60,297 bases of DNA from an uncultured Candidatus Saccharibacteria bacterium (GCA_964592365.1 CAZQDL010000004.1:1-60297); one strand, 5' to 3'; shown: positions 25,903-37,252, numbered from the stretch's first letter. Numbers and translations are program-made. Notes: generated by a model not told the origin, from the letters alone.

Positions 25903-26003
25903 GCGTATAGTATTTTAGTTTTTTTAATTTAATTATTTTATTACCACAAAGTCAACAGGAGCTACTTGAAATGAATAGGAAAGCACTATACACTTTAAAG
26001 CAT

Positions 26004-26459
26004 ATGACACTACAAGAACAAATTAAAGAACAAATGAAAGACGCGATGCGTGCAAAAGAAACAACTGCAGTTATGACCTTACGAGGATTAATGTCTGCGT
26101 TTACTAATGAATTAGTTGCTTCAGGGAAGATGCCAACAGATATGCTAACAGATGATCAAGCACTTGTTGTTATCACAAGAGAAGCAAAGAGAAGAAAAGA
26201 TTCAATTGCACAGTTCGAAGAAGCAGGAAGAGAGGAGCTTGCATCAGACGAAAAAGAGGAATTAGCAATTCTTGAAAAGTTTTTACCTGAACTAATGCCA
26301 GAAGATGAAGTTCGAGCTGTTATTACAGTAAAGATAGAAGAACTTGGAATTACTGATGCTTCAGAAAAAGGAAAACTCATTGGAGCATTGATGACAGAGC
26401 TGAAAGGAAAGGCAGATGGATCAATGGTGAATGCTATTGTTTCTGAGCTACTTAAATAG
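26004..26459 (+). CDS. GatB/YqeY domain protein
   Basis: MTLQEQIKEQMKDAMRAKE..REAKRRKDSI..GKADG..V is the YqeY pattern. Start set at ATG 26004. Confidence 0.85.
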   Translation: MTLQEQIKEQMKDAMRAKETTAVMTLRGLMSAFTNELVASGKMPTDMLTDDQALVVITREAKRRKDSIAQFEEAGREELASDEKEELAILEKFLPELMPEDEVRAVITVKIEELGITDASEKGKLIGALMTELKGKADGSMVNAIVSELLK

Positions 26460-26460
26460 T

Positions 26461-26799
26461 ATGAAGAAATTTATTTTACAACTTATTGGATTATCACTTG
26501 TTGTATATTATCTGCTCCCTGAATTAGTTTCAGGTATTAGCATTGGAGGATTTCGATCAGCAATTATTGCAGCTGTTCTCTTCTCATTTATTAACATTGC
26601 GGTAAAACCAATACTACGAATTATCACACTTCCATTAAACCTTATTAGCTTTGGCCTTTTTGGTTTATTAGTAAATGTGTTTCTGTTTTGGTTCGTTGCC
26701 TCAGTTATCGATGGCTTCAGTGTAGCAAGCTTTACTGCTGCACTTATCGGAGCAGTTATCATGACCTTTGCTAATTGGCTTATCGAAAAAATCACCTAA
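26461..26799 (+). CDS. phage-holin-4-2-family membrane protein (PF04020-like)
   Basis: Four TM helices. FINIAVKPILRIITLPLNLISFGLFGLLVN is typical of this family. Start at MKKF (26461). Confidence 0.7.
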   Translation: MKKFILQLIGLSLVVYYLLPELVSGISIGGFRSAIIAAVLFSFINIAVKPILRIITLPLNLISFGLFGLLVNVFLFWFVASVIDGFSVASFTAALIGAVIMTFANWLIEKIT

Positions 26800-26845
26800 T
26801 TGAGGTGATTTTTTACATAGTTCATTCATTTGATATACTGTATAT

Positions 26846-27757
26846 ATGTTTTTTTCTCGACCGATAACAATAGCAACACACAATGGTTCATTTCATGCTG
26901 ATGATATTTTTGCATGTGTAACGCTGTTACTGTATTTTAAACAACAAGGAAAGAAGGTTCGCATTATTCGAACACGTGATCAGTCTGACATTGATGGTGC
27001 TGATATTGTAGTAGATGTTGGAGGTGTGTATGATATTGAAACAAAACGTTTTGATCATCACCAAAGCAAAGGAGCTGGAAAAAGAGAAAATGGTATTCCA
27101 TATGCATCGTTTGGTTTGGTATGGATGACCTATGGTTTTGATTTATGTGGTAATCAAGAGATTGTTGATGATATTGATAGGCGATTAGTACAACCAATTG
27201 ACGCTATTGATAACGGAGTATCAATTTCTGAATCAACTGAATGTGGATTGTATGACTACGGTATTCACGGTATTGTATCTGCCTACCAGTGTACCTGGAA
27301 GGAAGCAGGGGAAACAGAAAAACAGTACCGTAATTTTATGGACCTCGTTTCTTTTTTTAGTGATGTCTTGAAACGTGAAATTGAGAAAGCCCATCATCGT
27401 CTTGAAATGGTTGAACTTATCGAAGATATATATACCAAAGCACAAAGGAAAGATATTCTTGAGGTTCCATACCATGTAACTATTGGATCGCTGATGCAGG
27501 TTTTAGAATCACATAAGGAAGTTCAGTTTGTAATTTGTAAGAGTAATACTAATTGGAAGGCATTGGCTTTACGAAAAGAGGCTTGTTCATTTGAAAATAG
27601 AACTTCACTTCCAGAAGCATGGGCTGGAAAGAGAAATGAAGAATTACAAGAAATATCAGGTGTTGATGATGCACTATTTTGTCACAATGCGCTATTCATG
27701 GCCGTTGCAAAGAGCAAAGAAGGAGCTTGGAAACTTGCAGAGCAAGCAGTACGATAG
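26846..27757 (+). CDS. MYG1/UPF0160 family metal-dependent hydrolase
   Basis: IATHNGSFHADD and RFDHHQ motifs. TGATATACT at 26831-26839 lies 6 nt upstream of the ATG. Confidence 0.85.
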   Translation: MFFSRPITIATHNGSFHADDIFACVTLLLYFKQQGKKVRIIRTRDQSDIDGADIVVDVGGVYDIETKRFDHHQSKGAGKRENGIPYASFGLVWMTYGFDLCGNQEIVDDIDRRLVQPIDAIDNGVSISESTECGLYDYGIHGIVSAYQCTWKEAGETEKQYRNFMDLVSFFSDVLKREIEKAHHRLEMVELIEDIYTKAQRKDILEVPYHVTIGSLMQVLESHKEVQFVICKSNTNWKALALRKEACSFENRTSLPEAWAGKRNEELQEISGVDDALFCHNALFMAVAKSKEGAWKLAEQAVR

Positions 27758-27800
27758 AAAAAGCTTCCTAACTTGCTCTTTTTTGTTACAGTAGAGATAT

Positions 27801-28781
27801 ATGGCATTTATAGATGAAGTACAATTAGAAATCAACGCAGGAAATGGGGGAGATGGTGTTGTTCGATGGAGACAAGAAAAATTTAAACCAATGGCAGGTC
27901 CTGGTGGGGGAGATGGTGGAAGAGGGGGAGATGTCTATGCACAGGCCATAGATGACTTAGCTTATCTTGAGTACTATCGATTTACTAAAAAATTCCAGGC
28001 ACAGCATGGTGAACCAGGAGGAAACCTAGGAAAAGAAGGAGCAAATGGTGAAAGCCTTACGCTTAGATTTCCACGTGGAACAGTCCTTACCAACAAAGAT
28101 ACTGGTGAACAATTTGAAATTGTTGATACTGAAGAAAAAATACTTATCCTTAAAGGTGGTCGCAATGGATTAGGGAATGAACATTTTAAATCATCTACAA
28201 ATACCACACCATATGAATGGACTCCAGGTACTTTAGGGGAAGGTGGAACCTTTCATGCTGAATTAAGATTGTTTGCAGATGCTGGTTTTGTCGGTCTTCC
28301 TTCTGCAGGTAAGTCAACCTTACTTAATTCACTTACGAATGCAAAATCAAAGGTTGGGGCATATCACTTCACTACCTTAGAACCGCACTTAGGTGCATTA
28401 GGATCATATATCCTTGCTGATATTCCTGGACTTATCAAAGGAGCCTCAGAAGGAAAAGGTTTGGGATACAAATTCCTTAAACATCTTTCACGTACCAATA
28501 TTCTTGTTCATGTTATCGGTCTTGATACTGAGGATGTTGTTTCTGCGTATCAAGAAATTAGAAATGAACTTGAAGCATATGATGCTAACTTAGCTTCAAA
28601 AAAAGAAATACTTCTGTTGAGTAAAACTGACTTGGTTGATTCGGATATGGTACAAGAAGCTATACAAAAGCTATCTTCAGTATATCAAGGAGATATATAT
28701 ACCATCAGTGCATACGATGATGATTCGATAAAGGTATTTAAGGAAAAGCTATTGAATATTCTAGAAAAAGAAACAGCCTAA
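27801..28781 (+). CDS. obg: GTPase Obg
   Basis: Gly-rich Obg fold (AGNGGDG, GGGDGGRGGDV) followed by the G domain (GLPSAGKST, DIPGLI, SKTD). Confidence 0.93.
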   Translation: MAFIDEVQLEINAGNGGDGVVRWRQEKFKPMAGPGGGDGGRGGDVYAQAIDDLAYLEYYRFTKKFQAQHGEPGGNLGKEGANGESLTLRFPRGTVLTNKDTGEQFEIVDTEEKILILKGGRNGLGNEHFKSSTNTTPYEWTPGTLGEGGTFHAELRLFADAGFVGLPSAGKSTLLNSLTNAKSKVGAYHFTTLEPHLGALGSYILADIPGLIKGASEGKGLGYKFLKHLSRTNILVHVIGLDTEDVVSAYQEIRNELEAYDANLASKKEILLLSKTDLVDSDMVQEAIQKLSSVYQGDIYTISAYDDDSIKVFKEKLLNILEKETA

Positions 28782-28830
28782 GGGTTGTTTTTTCGTGACA
28801 GAATTTACTAATAGCGATACAATCACCAGC

Positions 28831-30246
28831 ATGGATACCAAAGGATACAGAGCAACAATAGGGCTTGAAATTCACGTTCACTTGAAGACGAAAACAAAGA
28901 TGTTTTCACGATCGCTAAATACGGTTGATATTTCAGATACTGCACAACCAAATATTTATATTTCCCCAGTTGACCTTGCTCACCCAGGAACACTACCTAC
29001 CATTAACAAAAAAGCACTTGAACATATGGTACGAATTGGTCTTGCAGTAGGTGGAAACATCGCTGATTTTACTGAGTTTGATAGGAAGAATTACTTCTAT
29101 CCTGATATTCCAAAAGGATATCAAATCTCACAATATAAATATCCAATTGTTTCAGGTGGTTCTGTTGCAGGTTTCGCGCTAACTCGCATTCACCTAGAAG
29201 AAGACACGGCAACTTCAAAACATTTCGATACTATGTCACTTGTGGACTACAATCGAGCTGGTGCCCCTCTTATGGAATTGGTAACTGAGCCAGTACTTCA
29301 TACCCCTGAAGATATTGTTGTCTTTGCTCGTGAACTCCAATTGTTACTTCGATATCTAGGAGCAAGTGATGCTAATATTGAAAAGGGTCAAATGAGAGTT
29401 GAAGTGAATCTTTCTGTTTCAAAAACAGAAGAACTAGGAACAAAGGTAGAGGTAAAGAATATAGGTTCAATTTCTGCTGCAGCAAAAGCAGCAAGCTACG
29501 AAATACAACGACAAATCGAAGTACTAGAAAGTGGAGGAACCCTTGTTCAAGAGACACGAGGTTGGAACGATCAAAATCAATCAACTTTTTCTCAACGTTC
29601 TAAAGAAAATGCAAAAGACTATCGGTATTTTCCTGAACCAGATTTACCAAAACTCTATTTACATAGTTTGTTTAATCTTGAAGATATTAAAAAAGGTCTT
29701 CCTGAACTACCTAAAGAAAAAAGAGAAAGGTATGCGAATGAATTTGGTATTAAAGATGAGGATATTGAGTTTTATATCAACGACATGAATGCCTCATTGT
29801 TTTTTGAAAAAGTTTCAAACATGTTACCGAAGGATCAAGTACCAATTGCTTCAAATTACATTACCTCAGATATAGCTGGGATTATGAAACAAGGAAAAGA
29901 AGATGTATTTACTACCTTAAATCCAGAATCATTTTCTTCATTAATATCTATGATTTCAAAAGGTGATATCAATTCAAGAGGAGCAAAGGATATTCTTCCA
30001 ATTCTTATCAATGAAGGCGGAAATCCAGAGGAAATTGCAGAAACAATGGGATTGAAACAAGATAACGATATTGATTCATTAAAACAAGTAGTACAAAAAA
30101 TCATTGATGAAAATCAGAAGCAAGCTCAAGATTTCAAAGAAGGAAAGGATACCCTTATGAAATTCTTTGTAGGGCAGGCTATGAAGGAAACCAGAGGATC
30201 AGGGAACCCTCAGGTTCTCGCTGAATTGTTCAAGGAAATGATATAA
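28831..30246 (+). CDS. gatB: Asp/Glu-tRNA amidotransferase subunit B
   Basis: IGLEIHVHL, NYFYPD(I)PKGYQISQ, HLEEDT and DYNRAG motifs plus a C-terminal GatB/YqeY domain. ATG 28831 is preferred because TACAAT (28818-28823) lies 7 nt upstream. Confidence 0.92.
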   Translation: MDTKGYRATIGLEIHVHLKTKTKMFSRSLNTVDISDTAQPNIYISPVDLAHPGTLPTINKKALEHMVRIGLAVGGNIADFTEFDRKNYFYPDIPKGYQISQYKYPIVSGGSVAGFALTRIHLEEDTATSKHFDTMSLVDYNRAGAPLMELVTEPVLHTPEDIVVFARELQLLLRYLGASDANIEKGQMRVEVNLSVSKTEELGTKVEVKNIGSISAAAKAASYEIQRQIEVLESGGTLVQETRGWNDQNQSTFSQRSKENAKDYRYFPEPDLPKLYLHSLFNLEDIKKGLPELPKEKRERYANEFGIKDEDIEFYINDMNASLFFEKVSNMLPKDQVPIASNYITSDIAGIMKQGKEDVFTTLNPESFSSLISMISKGDINSRGAKDILPILINEGGNPEEIAETMGLKQDNDIDSLKQVVQKIIDENQKQAQDFKEGKDTLMKFFVGQAMKETRGSGNPQVLAELFKEMI

Positions 30247-30274
30247 AAAAACTCTTTCAATGAAAGAGTTTTTT
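30246..30274 (+). terminator. intrinsic terminator of gatB
   Basis: CTCTTTC-AAT-GAAAGAG flanked by an A run and a T run. Confidence 0.75.
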
Positions 30275-30286
30275 GTGTAATTAATT

Positions 30287-30565
30287 CTATACGTAGCACA
30301 ATCCTAGATATACTAAATATATAAAAATTGATGCAAAGACAATATATTTTCTTTGGTTAGTAATATTTTTAAGTCCAAATATTATAAGCAAAATTGAAAA
30401 TAATGAGACAAGCAGTGAGGGAAATATATTTCCCGTTAATGTTATTTCTTCGGGTTCATATGAGGTAATCATACGAGTTGCCATTGAAAGCATGAAATAT
30501 ATTCCTGCGATAAGGAATAACATTCCAACGAAAAGATCTTTTTTGTAAGCTACTGTTGAATTCAT
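30287..30565 (-). CDS. hypothetical small membrane protein (3 TM)
   Basis: 92-aa hydrophobic ORF. Confidence 0.45.
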   Translation of the reverse strand: MNSTVAYKKDLFVGMLFLIAGIYFMLSMATRMITSYEPEEITLTGNIFPSLLVSLFSILLIIFGLKNITNQRKYIVFASIFIYLVYLGLCYV

Positions 30566-30661
30566 AACTTTTAGTTTTAAAGGTTCATATATATTATGAA
30601 TACATTTTATAAATATGTCAATCTATTTATCAACAGACAATTTTCAGGTACACTCCATATC

Positions 30662-31369
30662 ATGGAAAACAAAGGAAAACTACATCCACTTACTCAAACC
30701 ATTCGAAAGATCAACAAGATTTTTGTTGATATGGGTTTTGAAATTGCAAACGGGCCACATGTCGAAGATCAGTGGTACAACTTCGATGCTTTAAATGTTC
30801 CGAAAGATCATCCTGCTCGTGATATGCAAGATACTTTTTTTATTGATGATGATTCACAAAGGGTACTGCGTACCCATACCTCAAGTGTACAGATTCGTTA
30901 CATGGAACAATTTGTTAAAGAGGGAAGAGCACTTCCTCTTAAAGTGATAGCACCAGGAAAAGTATTTAGACAGGAAGCAACTGATAGGACTCATGAGACG
31001 CAGTTTCATCAAGTTGAAGGGTTAGTAGTAGGTGAGGGAGTCTCACTTGCACACCTTAAAGGTACCCTTGAAACCTTCTTAAAAGAATTCTATGGAAGAG
31101 ACATTGAATTTAGATTCAGGCCTGGATATTTTCCTTTTGTTGAACCGGGTATCGAAATTGATCTTAAATTTTCAGATACGTGGATGGAGGTGTTAGGTGC
31201 TGGAATGGTTCATCCGCAAGTTCTAGAAAATGTTGGTATTGATTCATCTAAATACACAGGTTTTGCCTTTGGTGTTGGTATTGATCGTCTAACTATGATG
31301 AAGTATGGAATACAAGATATTCGCCTTATGTACCAAGGAGACCTTAAACTTCACGATTCAATAAATTAA
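30662..31369 (+). CDS. pheS: phenylalanine-tRNA ligase alpha subunit (short, catalytic core only)
   Basis: HPL....I...F..MGF, RTHTS and class II motifs (FRPGYFPFVEPG, GAGMVHP, GFAFGVGIDRL). ATG 30662 is preferred because TACACT lies 7 nt upstream. Confidence 0.9.
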   Translation: MENKGKLHPLTQTIRKINKIFVDMGFEIANGPHVEDQWYNFDALNVPKDHPARDMQDTFFIDDDSQRVLRTHTSSVQIRYMEQFVKEGRALPLKVIAPGKVFRQEATDRTHETQFHQVEGLVVGEGVSLAHLKGTLETFLKEFYGRDIEFRFRPGYFPFVEPGIEIDLKFSDTWMEVLGAGMVHPQVLENVGIDSSKYTGFAFGVGIDRLTMMKYGIQDIRLMYQGDLKLHDSIN

Positions 31370-31370
31370 T

Positions 31371-33275
31371 ATGAAATTCTCACGAACTTGGCTACAAAGC
31401 TACACAACAACTCCATTACCTGATATTCATCAACTTGCAGATACCTTAATGCTGCATGCTTTTGAAATTGAGGAAATACTCAATGACGATGTTCTTGATA
31501 TTGATGTTCTGCCCAACAGAGCACATGACTGTTTGTCTCATAGGGGTATAGCTTATGAGTTAATAGGGTTATTAAACTTAGAAGCACGCGAACACAGATA
31601 CCAAGAAGATATCTTAGTACGAACCGAAGAGTCTCCTTTATTAAACGTAGAGAATAGTATTAATTGTAGAGCCTATACGTTGATGTTAGTAAAAGGTGTG
31701 ACGGTAAAAGAATCACCACAATGGTTGAAAGATTACCTTGAATCAATTGGGCAAAGAAGTATTAATAATATTGTTGATGCTACAAACTATATAATGTTTG
31801 ATTTAGGGCAACCACTTCATGCTTTTGATGCTCATAAGGTTGTAGGTTCAATTGTCGTTCGTAATGCAGAACCTGGTGAAAAGATGATTACCTTGTCACA
31901 AGAAGAACTTGAGCTCACTGAAGATGATTTAGTCATTGCAGATGAGGTTGGAGTACTTGCACTTGCAGGAGTAAAAGGTGGAGCAAGAGCTGAAGTAACT
32001 TTTGATACAAAGGATATTCTTGTTGAAGTAGCAAATTTCAATCCAGTATCAACAAGAATAAGTGCTCGTCGTCATAAGATATATACCGATTCATCAAAAC
32101 GATTTGAAAATGAGATTCATCCAAACCTTATCGATGAAGTACTACCTAACGTCACAACTCTTCTTAATGAGATTGCAGGAAATGATGAAACCACATTCAG
32201 TAGTATTCAAAAAGTATGTTCATTTGAAGATCACGTGAAAGAAATAGTTCTTTTACCATCTGATGTTGAAAAAGTTCTTGGATTGAACATTTCAAAAGAT
32301 GAGATTCTTACCTTGTTTGATCGATTCAACCTATCATATCAACTAAGAGATTCAGAGATATTAGTTACTCCTCATGTATACCGACTTGATCTAAATACTA
32401 AAGAAGATTTGATCGAAGAAATTGGAAGATGGTATGGGTATTATAATATTCAAAGTAAATCAATTGATAGTATTGTGACTGAGCCACGTATTCATCCATT
32501 AACATATCTTGCACATACTTTAAGAAATATCCTTATCGAACGTGGATTTTCAGAACTATACACCTACACCTTTGTTCCTGAAGGTGAACTTAAGGTAAAG
32601 AATCCAATAGGGAAGGATAAACAAGCACTGAGAGTTGATATTGAAACAAAACTCCGTGAAGCAACAGAAAAGAATGCCAAAAATGCTTCATACTTCAATC
32701 AAAATAGAATAGCTGTATTTGAAATTGGAAAAGTATATACAAAGCAAGGTGAAGATACTCGCCTTTCAATTTGCATTGAAAATGTAGACAAGAAGGCAAC
32801 AAAAAAATATGGATCAGTAAAACAGCAGCTACAAGATATTGTGTCTGAAATGGAAAAGGAGCTGGGTATGGATATTCATGCAAACATTCAGGATTCCACA
32901 CTTTCATTCTCACTTTCTAAACTTAGTTCAGCTTTAGATATTCAAGAATATGGAAATGTTTTTGATTTTGAAAGTTATCAAGATAATGCAAGATTCTTCG
33001 AAATTTCTGTATTTCCATACAGTACAAGAGATATATCAGTATGGGTACCAAGCTCTGTTTCATCAGATGAGGTATTGAGGGTAATTACCCAAGCGTCCTC
33101 TTCATATGCAATTAAGCATTTCCTTTTTGATACTTTTACAAAAGATGAAAAGACATCGTATGCATATTCAATAGTATTTCAATCACATGAACGTACTCTT
33201 GAAGATGTTGATATTGATGAAGCAATGCAACGAATATATGATGCAATGCTAAATATGCACTGGGAGGTGCGATAA
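31371..33275 (+). CDS. pheT: phenylalanine-tRNA ligase beta subunit (634 aa, lacks the OB tRNA-binding insert)
   Basis: MKFSRTWLQSY start, B3/B4 and B5 regions, and a C-terminal anticodon-binding-like domain. Follows pheS with a 1-nt gap. Confidence 0.9.
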   Translation: MKFSRTWLQSYTTTPLPDIHQLADTLMLHAFEIEEILNDDVLDIDVLPNRAHDCLSHRGIAYELIGLLNLEAREHRYQEDILVRTEESPLLNVENSINCRAYTLMLVKGVTVKESPQWLKDYLESIGQRSINNIVDATNYIMFDLGQPLHAFDAHKVVGSIVVRNAEPGEKMITLSQEELELTEDDLVIADEVGVLALAGVKGGARAEVTFDTKDILVEVANFNPVSTRISARRHKIYTDSSKRFENEIHPNLIDEVLPNVTTLLNEIAGNDETTFSSIQKVCSFEDHVKEIVLLPSDVEKVLGLNISKDEILTLFDRFNLSYQLRDSEILVTPHVYRLDLNTKEDLIEEIGRWYGYYNIQSKSIDSIVTEPRIHPLTYLAHTLRNILIERGFSELYTYTFVPEGELKVKNPIGKDKQALRVDIETKLREATEKNAKNASYFNQNRIAVFEIGKVYTKQGEDTRLSICIENVDKKATKKYGSVKQQLQDIVSEMEKELGMDIHANIQDSTLSFSLSKLSSALDIQEYGNVFDFESYQDNARFFEISVFPYSTRDISVWVPSSVSSDEVLRVITQASSSYAIKHFLFDTFTKDEKTSYAYSIVFQSHERTLEDVDIDEAMQRIYDAMLNMHWEVR

Positions 33276-33276
33276 C

Positions 33277-33307
33277 AAAAAAACAACCATAATATGGTTG
33301 TTTTTTT
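33277..33307. terminator. bidirectional terminator between pheT and rplY
   Basis: AAAAAAACAACCAT-AAT-ATGGTTGTTTTTTT. Confidence 0.8.
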
Positions 33308-33308
33308 G

Positions 33309-33920
33309 TTATTCTTTAACTGCCTTTGGGTCAGCAAGAACTTCTTCAAGAGTTGGCCCGTTTGATTCTTCTGATTCTTCTGAAAGACCAGAAATACTTA
33401 CCACCACAGCATCAGCATCTTCTAAGATAGTAACTCCTTCAGGAATAACTAAATCTGAAATTCTAATACTGTCTCCTACGTTAAGTGATTCAACATTTAC
33501 CGTAATAACTGAAGGTACCTTAGATGGAATAGCTTCCAATTGTACTTCATGAATTGATTGATTTAGAATTCCTTGTTTCTTAGTTACTGCTTCAGCTTCT
33601 CCTACTGTTTCAATTGGTACAGTAACTTCAGTAGTTTCTCCTTGAGCAACAATTTTGAAATCAACATGCAGAACTTCTCCAGAAACTACATGTACTTGCA
33701 TATCTTGGATAAAACACTGTTGTCCTTTAAGGTCACCAGTGAGTTCAACTACTGATGAAGTACCTGCCTTCTTATATACCTTTCGGAATTCACCTTGGTC
33801 GAATGATACTGGAGTATTTTCAAAACCAGCTCCATAACAAATACCTGGAGTTCTTCCTTCAGCTCGTAGAGCCTTGAGGCTCATTTGAGCATCTCTTTTA
33901 CTTACATTTAGTTCAGTCAT
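33309..33920 (-). CDS. rplY: 50S ribosomal protein L25/general stress protein Ctc
   Basis: 203 aa. Contains RAEGR.PG..YG and the L25 beta-barrel plus Ctc C-terminal domain pattern. Confidence 0.88.
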   Translation of the reverse strand: MTELNVSKRDAQMSLKALRAEGRTPGICYGAGFENTPVSFDQGEFRKVYKKAGTSSVVELTGDLKGQQCFIQDMQVHVVSGEVLHVDFKIVAQGETTEVTVPIETVGEAEAVTKKQGILNQSIHEVQLEAIPSKVPSVITVNVESLNVGDSIRISDLVIPEGVTILEDADAVVVSISGLSEESEESNGPTLEEVLADPKAVKE

Positions 33921-33969
33921 AATATCGAGATTATAACGACTTAACCTGATAATGCAACCATTTTAACTC

Positions 33970-35346
33970 ATGCAAAGATTTGGTATACTAGTGACCATGC
34001 AAAATACAATAACAAAAGTCGCTATAATATTCGTAAGTATTCTTTTCTTGACCTCAGGAATTCCTTCTGATGTTTTCGCACAATGTAAAACAGAAGCAGA
34101 ATGCCAAGCTGAATTGAAGAGAATTGACGAGGAAATTAAAAGAATTAATAGCAATATTAATGAAGAAACTAAAACCCAACAAACTATTTCTGGGGAAATT
34201 TCAAAATTAAGTACTGAGATAAATAAAACAGCAACTGAGATTAATAAAAAGAATTCACTTATTTCTGAAATTCGTTCTGATATTACAAGAAAGGAAAAAA
34301 GCCTTAACGCATTAAATGAACGTCTAGAACGTGAAAAACAATCACTTGAAAGAATCATGAGAAGAAGAGTTGAGATTGATGATGCAACCTTGTTTGAAGT
34401 GATTTTAAGTTCACGTAATATTTCTGATTTCTATGAGGACCTTCCTCGATATAGTAATGTACAACGATCACTCTCTGATTCATTTAATATCATTGATGAC
34501 CTTAAGGTAAGTATATACAACGAGAAATCATCCTTAGAAAAGAAAAAAGAACAAGAGGATAATGAGAAGTACTCTCTTGAACTAGAACGCAACAAGATTG
34601 CTGTTCAGAAGAAAGACAGAGATGTTGCTTTAACGATAAGCCAGCAAAAGGAAGCAAACTTTGCAACACTAAAACAACAACGTGAACAAGAAGCAAAGGC
34701 AATTAGAGATCGCTTAATTTCATTCCAAGGATCTGGTATTAATCAACGTTCAATCTCATTTGGAGAGGCGTATGATTATGCAAAATTTGCTTCTGAAAAA
34801 ACAGGGGTACGTACTGCATTTATTATGGCTATCATGCAGCAAGAAACTGGATTTGGAAGAAATGTTGGAGGATGTAATCTTCGAAATGGTGAAACTGGAG
34901 AGGGGGTATATATTAGTACAGGAAATCCATCAGTGAGAAATATGGTTCCTGGTAACTTTGAAAACTTCAAGAAAATTACAGGTTCATTGGGTCGTGATTG
35001 GCAAACAACACCAATTTCTTGTGTTGCTATCATCAACGGTGCTCCATATGGATATGGAGGTGCTATGGGATACACCCAATTTATCCCTAATACATGGATG
35101 AGCGTTGAAGCACGAGTTCGTTCATATCTTGGAGCTACTGTTGCAAACCCTTGGAATCCACAACACGCAGTTATGGCAACAGCTGTATTCGTACGTGATT
35201 TGGGAGGTGCTGCTCAAACATACTCTGCTGAACACAATGCAGCATGTAGATACTATGGATCATGTTCCGTATATGCATATGGAGATAACGTAATGAAGAA
35301 GGCAGCTACCATTCAAACATCTATTGATATTCTTGAAAGAGATTAG
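33970..35346 (+). CDS. secreted coiled-coil protein with C-terminal lytic transglycosylase-like domain
   Basis: Signal/TM segment and a ~230-aa coiled coil. Then AFIMAIMQQETGFGRN (catalytic Glu context) and GAMGYTQFIPNTW, typical of MltB/SLT_2-type enzymes. Confidence 0.75.
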   Translation: MQRFGILVTMQNTITKVAIIFVSILFLTSGIPSDVFAQCKTEAECQAELKRIDEEIKRINSNINEETKTQQTISGEISKLSTEINKTATEINKKNSLISEIRSDITRKEKSLNALNERLEREKQSLERIMRRRVEIDDATLFEVILSSRNISDFYEDLPRYSNVQRSLSDSFNIIDDLKVSIYNEKSSLEKKKEQEDNEKYSLELERNKIAVQKKDRDVALTISQQKEANFATLKQQREQEAKAIRDRLISFQGSGINQRSISFGEAYDYAKFASEKTGVRTAFIMAIMQQETGFGRNVGGCNLRNGETGEGVYISTGNPSVRNMVPGNFENFKKITGSLGRDWQTTPISCVAIINGAPYGYGGAMGYTQFIPNTWMSVEARVRSYLGATVANPWNPQHAVMATAVFVRDLGGAAQTYSAEHNAACRYYGSCSVYAYGDNVMKKAATIQTSIDILERD

Positions 35347-35387
35347 TTATTGCAATCTGATAATGGTGTGATAGTATAACAATCATT

Positions 35388-35639
35388 ATGAAAAGCGATA
35401 TTCACCCACAAGATTACAGAAAAGTTATTTTCCACGATAACGCAAGCGGAGAAGATTTTCTTATTTCTTCAACAATGCCTTCAGAGGAAACAAAAAAATG
35501 GGAAGATGGAAAAGAATACCCAGTAATACAGGTAGAAATTTCTTCAGCATCACACCCATTCTACACAGGAGCTGAGAAGCGATTAGATACTGCAGGACGA
35601 GCTGAAAAGTTCCGAAAGCGAGCAGAAGCTGCTTCATAA
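35388..35639 (+). CDS. rpmE: 50S ribosomal protein L31, type B (Cys-less)
   Basis: [10 protein letters not shown]....F.D......F...ST.........G..YP...V.ISS.SHPFYTG, with no CxxC motif. Confidence 0.9.
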   Translation: MKSDIHPQDYRKVIFHDNASGEDFLISSTMPSEETKKWEDGKEYPVIQVEISSASHPFYTGAEKRLDTAGRAEKFRKRAEAAS

Positions 35640-35662
35640 AAAACACCGCATGGTGTTTTTTA
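35638..35662 (+). terminator. intrinsic terminator of rpmE
   Basis: AAAACACC-GCAT-GGTGTTTTTT. Confidence 0.8.
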
Positions 35663-35720
35663 TTTACATTTTTTCATAAATAGATAATAGTTATATTGAA
35701 TAACACTAAAACTAAATACT

Positions 35721-36215
35721 ATGAATAAATTACTCACACTCTTTGTCTTTTTCCCATATGTACTGTTTGCTCAAGTTCATAAAATAGGAGATAAGCTTGC
35801 TTCAGCTAGCTTTGAATATCAACTTGATCGCTTTGATCAATATATTAAAGCAGATTCAATATTAAAAAGTAAAACATTGTTTTTCAATACCTCAAACAAT
35901 TCTGGATTTCAAAGAATTACTGAAGGAGGGCTTGATAAGATTCTTTTCTTTCAATCAAAGCAACGCTTAAATATGTACTATATCGAAGAGTATGTTCTTG
36001 AGAACAATGGATTTTTTGTTAAAGAATATTACGCACATTTTATGCTTCTTCATGGAAAACCATTCTTTTGGATAGAAAATCCAGGGAAATATATTGCATA
36101 TAAGGTAGATGATTGGGATACCTTATCACAGCACATTAAGAAAATTGAAATAGTACTAAAATATTTCACTTCAGTTTTAAAGCTACCAAATCAAAAGGTG
36201 GTAGCAATGTATTAA
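35721..36215 (+). CDS. hypothetical secreted protein
   Basis: Signal peptide [18 protein letters not shown]. No family recognised. Confidence 0.5.
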   Translation: MNKLLTLFVFFPYVLFAQVHKIGDKLASASFEYQLDRFDQYIKADSILKSKTLFFNTSNNSGFQRITEGGLDKILFFQSKQRLNMYYIEEYVLENNGFFVKEYYAHFMLLHGKPFFWIENPGKYIAYKVDDWDTLSQHIKKIEIVLKYFTSVLKLPNQKVVAMY

Positions 36216-36274
36216 ATAGATACCGCTTTGTCTTCACCAAGCGGTATTTTTCATATATGATACGGTATACCTAT

Positions 36275-37252
36275 ATGACTTTTGAAGAACAACTAGAAAA
36301 AGTAAAATCAAATCCAACAACCATGTTTTTTGCTACACAGATTGTTGAGCTTTCAAGAAAACTTGAAGAAACTAAGAGTATGGCAGAAGATCCTGAAATG
36401 ATGGATCTTGCTCAAGAGGAAATTAAAACTCTTGAATTTCAAATTGATTCATATCTTACACAAGCCCTAGAAATTATCACCAAAGAAGAGAATGCAGAAA
36501 AGGAATCACCAACAGAAGTAATTCTTGAAATACGAGCAGGAGCAGGGGGTGATGAAGCCGCACTGTTTGCAGGTGAAATGGCTCTTATGTATGAAAAATA
36601 TGCTGAAATTAAAGGATGGGCATGGGAGATTGTTGATACCTCTGTTAATTCAATTGGTGGATACAAAGAAGCTTCATTTGAGGTAAAGGGACCTGATGTA
36701 TATCAAAAGTTACAATGGGAAACTGGAGTACATAGAGTTCAGAGAATTCCAGCTACTGAAAAACAGGGAAGAATCCATACTTCGACAATACAAATTGCTG
36801 TTATGCCATTGTTTAAGCGAACAACCATCGAACTTAACGATGCAGATCTTGAATTTGAAACTTCTCGTTCAGGTGGAGCTGGAGGTCAAAATGTAAACAA
36901 GGTAGAAACAGCTGTACGAGTAATTCACAAACCAACAGGAATTGATGTACGTTCAACAGCTCAAAGAACTCAGCTGAAGAACAAAGAAAATGCATTATCT
37001 ATTCTTAAATCAAAACTTCAGCAAATGAAGGATGAAGAAGAACAAGCAAACTATGCTGAAAAGAAACGTAAACAAATTGGAACTGGAGATCGTTCTGAAA
37101 AGATTAGAACATATAACTTTCCCCAAGACCGAATTACTGATCACAGGATAAAAGAATCCTGGTCAAATATTGAGGGTATTTTAGCTGGTGGATTTGAAAA
37201 AATTGTTGATGTAATTTTACAAAAACAGAGTGAACTAGAAAATGAAGAGTAG
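36275..37252 (+). CDS. prfA: peptide chain release factor 1
   Basis: PAT tripeptide ([14 protein letters not shown]) and GGQ motif ([18 protein letters not shown]). Start at ATG 36275. Confidence 0.92.
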   Translation: MTFEEQLEKVKSNPTTMFFATQIVELSRKLEETKSMAEDPEMMDLAQEEIKTLEFQIDSYLTQALEIITKEENAEKESPTEVILEIRAGAGGDEAALFAGEMALMYEKYAEIKGWAWEIVDTSVNSIGGYKEASFEVKGPDVYQKLQWETGVHRVQRIPATEKQGRIHTSTIQIAVMPLFKRTTIELNDADLEFETSRSGGAGGQNVNKVETAVRVIHKPTGIDVRSTAQRTQLKNKENALSILKSKLQQMKDEEEQANYAEKKRKQIGTGDRSEKIRTYNFPQDRITDHRIKESWSNIEGILAGGFEKIVDVILQKQSELENEE